Of a stretch of 37,861 bases of DNA, positions 25,486-32,863 are shown piece after piece. A model generated the notes under the pieces. The model saw nothing but the letters and a program-made list of their open reading frames with translations. It ran no database searches and had not been told where the DNA came from. The stretch's first letter is position 1; each line of letters opens with the position of its first letter. A program made the translations under genes and the position numbers. This DNA comes from Thermoleophilia bacterium (GTDB lineage: Bacteria > Actinomycetota > Thermoleophilia > BMS3ABIN01), in assembly GCA_030650885.1 (NCBI GenBank), contig JAUSDE010000008.1, positions 1-37,861 on the forward strand. Reading direction: 5' to 3'.

Positions 25486-26478
25486 TTATTGACCTGAAAG
25501 ATTCTTCCTGATAAAACGGCGGCGATAGTCCAGCCAGGTGTCGAACAGGCCTATCCAGCTGGTCAGCGACAGCGTCAGCTGCAGCAGGACAAGACAAAAA
25601 TAGACCGCCAGCCGCTTTACCCTGGCGACCTTGTAGACCCAGAGGAAAAAATTGGCGATGGCCATCCCCTGGATGAAAAACAGCACCTCGGCGATTATAA
25701 ACAGGTTTGCACCGGTAAGTTCGAGCGCCGAAACATACCTTTCCGGTGCGTACGGTGCCAGGAACTCGCACAGCAACCCGATGATGATCGCATAGGCGAA
25801 CACCCAGTGTATCCTCAAGTCACGAAAAACAAAGTCGCGCGGGAACGGCTGGCGCAACCGTTCGAAGACGCGCCGTCCGATAGCCAGGTTGGCCCCCGAG
25901 AGGGCGATGGATACAACCAGTAGCACCGCCGGCGCCAGATATGGCAGCAGCAGCGCGAACTCCCTCGCCTGAGCGATGGCCTCGTCCACATCCTGTTCGT
26001 TCATCCCGACCGACTGGTAGATCTGGCGGCTGGGTTCCGCGGTTGCGTCGGCAAGCGATTCGATAGCGCTCACCGGTCCCTGGCCACTCAACAGCAACAG
26101 TGCGGCAAGCCACACGAAAAGCGCTGCGAAAAAGACGACCACCATGGAAACAAACAGCCGGAACTGGGTGACGCCTTTTCTTAGAGCCAGGCCGCCACCC
26201 AGGCCGGCGATAGCAGTCAGCAGGAATATCAGCAATCCAGCGGCAAAGCCGACAACCGGCGCGGTCAGGGCCATGCAGGCCGCGCCTGTCAGCAGGCTGA
26301 CGATCAACCCGGCATATACGCCATAACGCGACGTTATGAAAGCCGCCGGGATCGGCATTGCCGGAACTGCCACGATTGAAAACAGCGGCACAAAGGCGAT
26401 GACGACTCCCAGGCCGACCGAAAATGCGACGGCCTTGCCCCCGTCCTGCAGGAGGGCGGATCTGGATTCAGTGCTCAT
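25486..26478 (-). CDS. DUF2232 (YybS-like) polytopic membrane protein
   Basis: Multi-TM protein in the conserved position between rpsR and rplI, as for yybS in Firmicutes. The family call rests on position and topology only. Confidence 0.6.
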   Translation of the reverse strand: MSTESRSALLQDGGKAVAFSVGLGVVIAFVPLFSIVAVPAMPIPAAFITSRYGVYAGLIVSLLTGAACMALTAPVVGFAAGLLIFLLTAIAGLGGGLALRKGVTQFRLFVSMVVVFFAALFVWLAALLLLSGQGPVSAIESLADATAEPSRQIYQSVGMNEQDVDEAIAQAREFALLLPYLAPAVLLVVSIALSGANLAIGRRVFERLRQPFPRDFVFRDLRIHWVFAYAIIIGLLCEFLAPYAPERYVSALELTGANLFIIAEVLFFIQGMAIANFFLWVYKVARVKRLAVYFCLVLLQLTLSLTSWIGLFDTWLDYRRRFIRKNLSGQ

Positions 26479-26520
26479 ATCGCTTACCGGGTCCTTCGCG
26501 TTTTGCGCGTTTTTCCTGCG

Positions 26521-26808
26521 TTATCTGACCAGGTACGGCAGCAACGCCATCTCGCGCGAACGCTTGATGGCGATGGCCAGCTGGCGCTGATGGCGCCTGC
26601 AGGTCCCTGTCACGCGCCGGGCGCGTATCTTGCCCCGATCGGAGACGTAACGCCGCAGCTGGTTGTAGTTCTTGTAATCTATCTCTTCGATTTTTTCCTT
26701 GCAGAAATAGCAGTATTTGCGCCGCTGCGAGCCGCCGCCTCCGGCACGCCATGACGGCTTCTTGCCACCAGGCTTGCGTGGTCCTCTTGATGATGATGAT
26801 GGGGGCAT
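26521..26808 (-). CDS. rpsR: 30S ribosomal protein S18
   Basis: [61 protein letters not shown]. Confidence 0.95.
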   Translation of the reverse strand: MPPSSSSRGPRKPGGKKPSWRAGGGGSQRRKYCYFCKEKIEEIDYKNYNQLRRYVSDRGKIRARRVTGTCRRHQRQLAIAIKRSREMALLPYLVR

Positions 26809-26840
26809 ATGTCCTTCCGTTTCTGTTTCTGATTATCTGG

Positions 26841-27305
26841 TTAGAACGGGATATCGTCGTCGCTGGACGATCCCGATGGTGCATCAAAGTCGGACGTGTC
26901 GGGCGAAAGGCCTGACGAAGCTCCGGCCGCGACCGGCGCATTCGCCGCCGCACCGCCTGAAGCTCCCGCGTCCTGGCGCGAGCCAAGGAACTGTACCGTG
27001 TTCGCGATCACTTCGACCTTTGAGCGCTTGGAGCCGTCCTGAGCTTCCCAGCTGCGGAAGCTGAGGCGGCCGTCCACTGCGATCTGCCTGCCTTTGCTCA
27101 GATATTGGCCGCAGCTTTCTCCCTGGGCCCCCCAGACTACGATGTCAAAGTAGTTGGGCTTCTCGATCCATTCGCCGGCGTCGTTCTTGTATTTCTCGTT
27201 CACCGCAAGCCCCAGGGTGCAGACAGATTTGCCGTTGGGCGTCGTCCGCAGTTCGGGGTCGCGGGTCAGGTTTCCTACCAGGACTACTCTGTTGATACTG
27301 GCCAT
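26841..27305 (-). CDS. ssb: Single-stranded DNA-binding protein
   Basis: MASINRVVLVGNLTRDPELRTTPNGKSV (OB fold), Gly/Ala-rich linker, acidic tail DDDIPF. Confidence 0.95.
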   Translation of the reverse strand: MASINRVVLVGNLTRDPELRTTPNGKSVCTLGLAVNEKYKNDAGEWIEKPNYFDIVVWGAQGESCGQYLSKGRQIAVDGRLSFRSWEAQDGSKRSKVEVIANTVQFLGSRQDAGASGGAAANAPVAAGASSGLSPDTSDFDAPSGSSSDDDIPF

Positions 27306-27317
27306 TGTGGGCCTCCT

Positions 27318-27632
27318 TTAACTCTCACTGGCTACTTTTTCCTTGAGGGCTATCGGCATGAACCGGATCACCTCGTCGGTTATCCTAAGGATGCGCGAGA
27401 TCTCGTCGAGCGCAGCCGCTGAAATGGTGAGAGTGATGACATAATAGAAGGCGTCGCGGATGTGGTTGATCTCGTAGGCGAGGCGTTTCTTGCCCCATTC
27501 CTCGACATTATCAACTACACCCTGGCCGTCTGTAGCCGTCTTTTTGATGCGGTCCAGGATTTCCGTCTGGCGCGCGGGCTCTGCTTCAGGGTTGAGCAGA
27601 ACCATTAATTCGTAATTGCTCGTGGTAATCAC
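27318..27632 (-). CDS. rpsF: 30S ribosomal protein S6 (start codon uncertain)
   Basis: NYELMVLLNPE...ILDRIKK...VEEWGKKRLAYEI matches S6. A long SD, AAGGAGGTGAT, sits at about 27628-27638. The track start 27695 has no SD. The 5' end could be GTG 27632, ATT 27629 or another non-canonical codon (see findings). Confidence 0.85.
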   Translation of the reverse strand: MITTSNYELMVLLNPEAEPARQTEILDRIKKTATDGQGVVDNVEEWGKKRLAYEINHIRDAFYYVITLTISAAALDEISRILRITDEVIRFMPIALKEKVASES

Positions 27633-27840
27633 CTCCTTCGGTCTAAGCGGCCCCATGTCAGTGCATGGAGCAGGAGTGGGAGTTATTTCGCGCAACGCTG
27701 GCCTTTTCAGGCAACAACGCCGCTATGCAATGGGAGGCAAGAGTATAGCAGAAGCGGTGGACGGATAAAATCCGGCGTGTTTGAACTCCGCCTCACCCGG
27801 GAAACCGGAACTTACAGGGAATCTGGTCGAGGAGGTTCGC

Positions 27841-28620
27841 ATGGAAACAGTAAAAAGTACGGTCATCGAAGTCCCATGGCCCGAAACGGGAGAGCCTCGG
27901 CTGAAGGTCAGCGTCGGCGGCTGCCGTCTCAAAATATCGGCGGTTGATGGCGACGCCTGGGTCAGCGGGACCTACGAAGATCCCACCGGCGGCCTGGAAT
28001 CGAAAGTCGACGACCAGGGCGGGGGCTCGGTGCGGATAACCCAGTCCGGCAAGATATCGCGGCTTAAGAATCCCTTCGCGGGAGCGCCCCGCATGGAACT
28101 TCAACTGGGAAAGAGCCGCCCGTTCGGCCTCATCATCGAAACCGGCGCCAGCGAAGCCACCGTCGAACTGGGCGGGCTGCCCCTGAAGCGTCTGGCGATC
28201 AAACAGGGCGCCGGCAGATGCGATCTCGATTTTTCGGAGCCTAACCCGGAAGAGATCGACGAGTTCGACGTCGACTCGGGCGCTTCGACGCTGATCATGC
28301 GCAACCTGGCTAACGCCAACTTCACCAGTATGACCATAGATGGAGGCGCCGCCACCTATGATCTCGACTTCGGGGGAACCCTGCGACGCGATGGCGAGGT
28401 CCGGATGAGCGCTGGCGTTGCGGCCGTTACCATCAGCGTGCCGGCCGCGACCGCTGCCAAGATCACGCCCGGTTCGGTTCTCGGCAGTCTGAATATCGGT
28501 GACGACCTGACCAGGAAGGAAGGCGGTTTCTGGACGGAGAACGCGCTTGCTGGTCTGAAACCAGTGCTATATATAGTGCCCAGCGTCGCCCTGGGCACTC
28601 TCAACCTGAAAGTCACATGA
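27841..28620 (+). CDS. Hypothetical beta-rich protein (toastrack/DUF4097-like, tentative)
   Basis: Repetitive beta-strand pattern (RLKISAVDGDAWVSG..., ATVELGGLPLKRLAIKQGAGRCDLDF, STLIMRNLANANFTSMTIDGGAATYDLDFGG). I place the start at ATG 27841, with GAGGAGG 5 nt upstream, rather than at 27781. Confidence 0.45.
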   Translation: METVKSTVIEVPWPETGEPRLKVSVGGCRLKISAVDGDAWVSGTYEDPTGGLESKVDDQGGGSVRITQSGKISRLKNPFAGAPRMELQLGKSRPFGLIIETGASEATVELGGLPLKRLAIKQGAGRCDLDFSEPNPEEIDEFDVDSGASTLIMRNLANANFTSMTIDGGAATYDLDFGGTLRRDGEVRMSAGVAAVTISVPAATAAKITPGSVLGSLNIGDDLTRKEGGFWTENALAGLKPVLYIVPSVALGTLNLKVT

Positions 28621-29348
28621 AGCCCAGGATGAAGATAACCAGATCCGGCATGGCCGCCTCGGTCTCGATGGCCGCCATCGCCAGTTATGCCTCGTTCCTC
28701 CGGCCCCGGATCCTCCGATGGGGCGCCACTGAAACGGAAGTGGTCTCAGCGATGCCGGGCGATGAGATCGTCGGGACGCCCCGTTATGTGACTAATCATG
28801 CAGTTAACATCCACGCTCCAGCGGCCCTTGTCTGGCCCTGGCTGGTTCAGATGGGCCAGGGCCGCGGTGGCCTCTACAGCTATGACTGGCTGGAGAACCT
28901 GCTGGGCTTTGACATCCATAGCGCCGACCGGATCATTCCGGAATTCCAGCACCTGGAGCCGGGGGACTCGATCAGGCTGGTCCGGGAAGGCTATCCCGCT
29001 GATCTGCACTACGAGGTGGTGCTGGTTGAGCGCGAGCGGACCCTGGTTCTGCGCACCCCCGGAAGTCCGGCAGAGAATTTCGCCAAGAATCTTCCATACG
29101 GGACCTGGACTTTCTTCCTGCGCAGGATCGACGAGGAGACCACAAGGCTCATCGCCCGCACCCGTTCGGATTTCAGGCCGAGTTTTTCCGGCTACATCTG
29201 GAACAAGTACGGGCTGGAACCGGCACATTCGATCATGGAGCGGCGCATGATGCTGGGTATCAAGGCGCGGGCGGAAGCGTCGGTGGGGACGGGGAGCCGA
29301 GGCGGAGTCATGGTCCCGGGTCGCGTCGAGCCGATCAAGGCTGCGTGA
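28617..29348 (+). CDS. SRPBCC (START/polyketide-cyclase-like) family protein (tentative)
   Basis: VWPWLVQMGQGRGGLYSYDWLENLLG is a motif I associate with actinobacterial SRPBCC proteins. ATGA overlap with the upstream gene at 28617-28620. Confidence 0.5.
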   Translation: MKPRMKITRSGMAASVSMAAIASYASFLRPRILRWGATETEVVSAMPGDEIVGTPRYVTNHAVNIHAPAALVWPWLVQMGQGRGGLYSYDWLENLLGFDIHSADRIIPEFQHLEPGDSIRLVREGYPADLHYEVVLVERERTLVLRTPGSPAENFAKNLPYGTWTFFLRRIDEETTRLIARTRSDFRPSFSGYIWNKYGLEPAHSIMERRMMLGIKARAEASVGTGSRGGVMVPGRVEPIKAA

Positions 29349-29418
29349 GGCTGCTATTTGATTTGATATACTGGCGGCGTGGCGCATATCGGTCACATTC
29401 ACTTCTTTGGGGGGCATC

Positions 29419-30234
29419 ATGGCGGAACAAAAATTCATAACCTTCCTCAGCGATTTCGGCCTGGCAGACGACTTCGTCGGTACCTGCCGTGGCGTCATCA
29501 AAAAGATCTCCCCTGAGGTGCAGATCATCGACATCACCCACGGAGTCGCACGCCATGACATCCTTCAGGGCGCGGTCATCCTGGCCAACGCCGTCCCCTA
29601 TATGCCCGAAAGCGTGATCCTGGCGGTTGTCGATCCTGGAGTCGGCGGAGAACGAAAGTCGCTTGCCATCCGCACCGTTTCTGGGCAATACCTGGTTGGC
29701 CCGGATAACGGTCTGTTATCACTCGCGGCCGATGTTTTGGGCGGACCTGAGGCGGCGGTCGAGCTCGCCTGTTCCACTTACAGCCTGCCCGAGGTATGCA
29801 AGACTTTTGAAGGGCGTGACCTGTTTTCGCCAGCCGCCGCCCATCTTGCCCGGGGCGTCGACATGGAGAAGCTGGGCGCTTCTGTGCCCGTGGCAGGACT
29901 GACAAAACTGGAACTACCCGAACCAGCCATCGCCGGGCCGGAAGTTACGGCCACCACCATCTATGTCGACAGCTTCGGCAACGTACAGCTTCATCTCAGC
30001 CGCGAGCAGCTGGAACATGTCGGCGCCGCAGTTGGCAGCATGCTGGAGGTGAGCCACGGCGAGGAAAACTGGAAGGTCCCCTTTGTGCGCTCCTTCTCGG
30101 ATGTGGCTCCCGAGGAGATCATGGTCTACGAGGATTCGTACCACAAGATATCTTTTGCGGTGAACCAGGGAGATGCCGCCGGCGTCTTTCAGATCGCGCC
30201 TGGAAACCAGATGACCTTCAGGGCAATCGGCTGA
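29419..30234 (+). CDS. S-adenosyl-L-methionine hydroxide adenosyltransferase family protein (DUF62, SAM hydrolase/halogenase family)
   Basis: LSDFGLADDFVGTCRGVI, VVDPGVGGERK, GPDNGLL, FEGRDLFSPAAAHLARG, VDSFGNV. ATG 29419 is preferred over TTG 29407. An extended -10 (TGaTATACT) lies at 29364-29372. Confidence 0.88.
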   Translation: MAEQKFITFLSDFGLADDFVGTCRGVIKKISPEVQIIDITHGVARHDILQGAVILANAVPYMPESVILAVVDPGVGGERKSLAIRTVSGQYLVGPDNGLLSLAADVLGGPEAAVELACSTYSLPEVCKTFEGRDLFSPAAAHLARGVDMEKLGASVPVAGLTKLELPEPAIAGPEVTATTIYVDSFGNVQLHLSREQLEHVGAAVGSMLEVSHGEENWKVPFVRSFSDVAPEEIMVYEDSYHKISFAVNQGDAAGVFQIAPGNQMTFRAIG

Positions 30235-30236
30235 CC

Positions 30237-30521
30237 GTGATAGACAATAACAGGACCGACGGAACGCCAGCGAGCAGCTCCGGGGCGTCAGACACGACCA
30301 TCCTCCTTTTCGATACTACCCACACGGCAATGGCGGGCGAGCAGGCCATCATCGACGCCGGCTTCTGGTGCGATGTGGTGCCTAAGCCGCCGGACGCGAT
30401 GACCGGCCTTTGCGGGCTTGCCATCGCCATACGCGATGAGGACCTGGCGGCTGTCAGGGAAACCCTGGTGAACGCCGGCCTGGCTTTTGAAATCTACCAG
30501 CCGGAAGTGGAGGCTCATTGA
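30237..30521 (+). CDS. DUF3343 (putative Se/S carrier-like) small protein
   Basis: LLFDTTHTAMAGEQAIIDAGFWCDVVPKPPDAMTGLCGLAIAI matches the DUF3343 pattern as I recall it (helix, then P-x-P...CG-hydrophobic). GTG start lies 3 nt after the upstream stop. Confidence 0.6.
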   Translation: MIDNNRTDGTPASSSGASDTTILLFDTTHTAMAGEQAIIDAGFWCDVVPKPPDAMTGLCGLAIAIRDEDLAAVRETLVNAGLAFEIYQPEVEAH

Positions 30522-31093
30522 ATCAGGAACAACTTTCGGGGGGCGAGAAAAACGACGGCCTCGACCGGCGCCTGTTCATCGCGCTACGCACCCGCTGGCA
30601 TGTCCAGCCGCTTCAGGCGGTGCTGACCGCGCTCTCGGTCAGCGGTAACAATGGCTTCCTCTGGATCGGGCTTGCGGTGCCCGTCTTCTGGGCGGCCGGT
30701 GACGGTCTCCTTGGCATCGTATCCAGGCTGGTCTTCATGGCAGTCGTTGTGTACTCAACACTGGCGATTAACTACGCCGTAAAGCAGATCCTGGGCCATG
30801 AAAGACCCGCGCTGGACGATCCTGCACTACTGCCGCTCGTCGGCGTGCCTTCAAGTAAATCGTTCCCTTCTTCCCACGCAGCGATGTCATTCGCGGCGGC
30901 GACTATTTATGTCTATTTCATGACTGCGGTGTGGCCATTCTTCCTGGCCTTTGCTCTCTTCTACGGCCTCGCCCTGCTGGTTTCCTGGAGCAGGGTCTAT
31001 GTCGGCGTACACTTTCCATCAGACGTCCTGGCAGGCATGTTCGTCGGCCTGGCATCGGGATGCTTCTGGGCTATTTTCCTTCATTTCTTATAA
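30518..31093 (+). CDS. PAP2-family phosphatase (membrane)
   Basis: KxxxxxxRP (KQILGHERP), PSSH (SFPSSHAA) and SRxxxxxHxxxD (SRVYVGVHFPSDV) motifs. TTGA overlap with the DUF3343 stop. Confidence 0.85.
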   Translation: MNQEQLSGGEKNDGLDRRLFIALRTRWHVQPLQAVLTALSVSGNNGFLWIGLAVPVFWAAGDGLLGIVSRLVFMAVVVYSTLAINYAVKQILGHERPALDDPALLPLVGVPSSKSFPSSHAAMSFAAATIYVYFMTAVWPFFLAFALFYGLALLVSWSRVYVGVHFPSDVLAGMFVGLASGCFWAIFLHFL

Positions 31094-31159
31094 TGTGGAC
31101 GGCTATTGTGACAGGGCGAGAGCGAAAGGCACGGCGATCATGGCGACTGATATTTGAAA

Positions 31160-31558
31160 ATGCATGAGATAAAGATTTCCAGCCACTCCCGGAGCGAGCT
31201 GATAGATATTTCCGGTTTCGTGCAAAAAGCCGTCGCCGACAGTGGCGTCACCGATGGCCTATGCGTCGTCTTCATACCGCATACGACCGCCGCTGTGACC
31301 ATAAACGAGGGAGCCGACCCCGCGGTGCGGAGTGACATAACAACCGAACTCGACAAGGTCATCCCCTGGAACGACGGCTACGCTCACGGTGAAGGCAATT
31401 CCGCCGCCCACATCAAGACGTCGCTGTTCGGTTCTTCTGAGACGATCCTTGTCAGTGGCGGCCGCCTGGTGCTGGGCACCTGGCAGTCCATTTATTTCTG
31501 TGAGTTCGATGGGCCTCGCAGCCGTAAGGCCTATATCAAGGTTGTGGCTGATGTCTGA
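31160..31558 (+). CDS. yjbQ: YjbQ/UPF0047 family protein (secondary thiamine-phosphate synthase-like)
   Basis: IPHTTAAVTINEGADP, NSAAHIKTSLFGSSETILVSGGRLVLGTWQSIYFCEFDGPRSR. The start could also be TTG 31154. Confidence 0.85.
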   Translation: MHEIKISSHSRSELIDISGFVQKAVADSGVTDGLCVVFIPHTTAAVTINEGADPAVRSDITTELDKVIPWNDGYAHGEGNSAAHIKTSLFGSSETILVSGGRLVLGTWQSIYFCEFDGPRSRKAYIKVVADV

Positions 31559-32282
31559 CGCCATGACGTCCATACTGCTGGCCTCCCTGGCCGCCGCCTT
31601 CACCATCGCCGGAGGCAGCCTGCCGCTGGTTCGCAAGCAGCTGGGTGAGCGGGGCATCTCGCTGCTGGTCGCGTTTTCGGCGGGCGTCCTTCTTTCTGCC
31701 GGTATCAACGACAAGCTGCCGGAGAGCTTTGACCTGGCGCACGAGGGCGCAGTACTCGGCGTCTTCGCCGGCTTCATGCTGCTGTACCTGATCGAGAAGG
31801 TGACCATGGTCCACGCCTGCCGTGAGCAGGGCTGCAAAGTCCACCCATTCGGCTTCTTCGCGCTGGTGGGCATCGGCTTCCACACCATGCTGGACGGCTT
31901 TTCCATCGCCGTCAGCGGCGAGGCCAGGGCTGCCCTGGGGCTGGTAGTCGCCTTCGCCGTACTGGCCCACAGCTTCCCCAGCGGTGTCTCCGTGGCCAGC
32001 GTCATGCTTTCCTGTGGCTACAAACGCTCGAAGGCATGGTGGGTCCTGATCTTGCTGGCAGTGCAGGCTATTATCGGCGCAGTCATCGGACTGTTCTTCT
32101 CCGGCGCCAGCGACCAGGTTCTCGGATTCGCGATCGGCCTCTCCGCGGGCACCTTCCTCTATATCTCCACCAGCGACCTGCTGCCTATCGCCCACGAGAC
32201 CAACTGGAAGGATTACCGCGTCCCCATGTTCTTCACAGCCGGCTTCGGTTTGATGCTGGCGACGGCGCTGGCTCTGGGTTAG
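31551..32282 (+). CDS. ZIP-family divalent metal transporter (ZupT-like)
   Basis: GFHTMLDGFSIA, LAHSFPSGVS and eight hydrophobic segments. ATG 31551 overlaps the yjbQ stop. The longer track ORF from 31389 lies inside yjbQ. Confidence 0.8.
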   Translation: MSDAMTSILLASLAAAFTIAGGSLPLVRKQLGERGISLLVAFSAGVLLSAGINDKLPESFDLAHEGAVLGVFAGFMLLYLIEKVTMVHACREQGCKVHPFGFFALVGIGFHTMLDGFSIAVSGEARAALGLVVAFAVLAHSFPSGVSVASVMLSCGYKRSKAWWVLILLAVQAIIGAVIGLFFSGASDQVLGFAIGLSAGTFLYISTSDLLPIAHETNWKDYRVPMFFTAGFGLMLATALALG

Positions 32283-32346
32283 ATTCCCGGCACAACTCTT
32301 GCGCTATGCCAGGCGCCGGACTGACTCCTGCAACTCCCGCTCCTCC

Positions 32347-32390
32347 GTTCACTTTCTTGTCACAATTCGTTCACCACCTTTTAACCTCCG
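32347..32390 (+). promoter_or_regulatory. Array of four 11-bp direct repeats (PHO-box-like) upstream of a small ORF
   Basis: GTTCACtttct TGTCACaattc GTTCACcacct TTTAACctccg, with strict 11-bp phasing. A -10-like TAGCAT (32407-32412) lies 16 nt downstream. Confidence 0.6.
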
Positions 32391-32450
32391 CGTGAAGAAA
32401 AACATCTAGCATTCATGGAGGAAGAAACGAATACGCGAAAGGAGGTGAAA

Positions 32451-32705
32451 GTGAATACCACAACTATCCTTCCGGAAAAGGAAGCCTGCAGCAACGAGGA
32501 CAGGATCTGCATTCTCTACATGCTCAAGGTGCATGCGGATTTCCCCATTGAGCTCGCTTCCATCAGCGAGACTCTGAGGATACCGCTCAAGCGGGTCGAG
32601 AAAGCCATCATCGACCTCGAAGGCCAGATAGACGGCGGTGACGGTGACGGAAACGCCTACCTGCACAAGGCAAGGTGCTCCAGCAAGGCCGTCTATATCA
32701 CCTGA
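32451..32705 (+). CDS. Small hypothetical protein (84 aa) with a possible winged-helix/HTH segment
   Basis: AAGGAGGTG SD lies 5 nt upstream of GTG 32451. Segment ICILYMLKVHADFPIELASISETLRIPLKRVEKAIIDLEG looks HTH-like. GC content is lower than the surroundings by eye. No family recognised. Confidence 0.5.
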   Translation: MNTTTILPEKEACSNEDRICILYMLKVHADFPIELASISETLRIPLKRVEKAIIDLEGQIDGGDGDGNAYLHKARCSSKAVYIT

Positions 32706-32761
32706 TGAACGGCCTCCTGGATATAATCCCCCCCTCGCAAGAACGGGTTGTCATACCGCCC

Positions 32762-32805
32762 GTTCACAATTTGTTCACATTTCATTCACGCTTTTGTAAC
32801 CTGCG
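32762..32805 (+). promoter_or_regulatory. Array of four 11-bp direct repeats (PHO boxes) upstream of pstS
   Basis: GTTCACaattt GTTCACatttc ATTCACgcttt TGTAACctgcg, with a -10-like TACTCT (32822-32827) 16 nt downstream. The geometry is the same as the 32347 array. Confidence 0.65.
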
Positions 32806-32863
32806 TGGATTTTCATTCTGCTACTCTGCAACAGAAACGAACCACAAAAGGAGATAGACACGC

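Noticed and set aside
26468-26986. 172-aa Arg-rich minus-strand ORF overlapping rpsR and ssb in another frame
   Set aside because: rpsR and ssb are unambiguous in their own frames. This is an out-of-frame artefact.
28746-29561. 271-aa minus-strand ORF antisense to the SRPBCC gene and the DUF62 gene start
   Set aside because: It overlaps two motif-supported plus-strand genes and spans their intergenic promoter. The composition is low-complexity and Arg/Pro-rich, so it is a shadow ORF.
31389-31550. Upstream extension of the ZIP transporter ORF into yjbQ
   Set aside because: The region is occupied by the motif-rich yjbQ frame. ATG 31551 gives a normal ZIP N-terminus (MSDAMTSILLASL...).
31259-32005. 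248-aa minus-strand ORF (and 31536..32195) antisense to yjbQ and the ZIP gene
   Set aside because: The opposite-strand genes carry clear family motifs. These ORFs are Ala/Ser/Pro/Arg-rich with no motifs.
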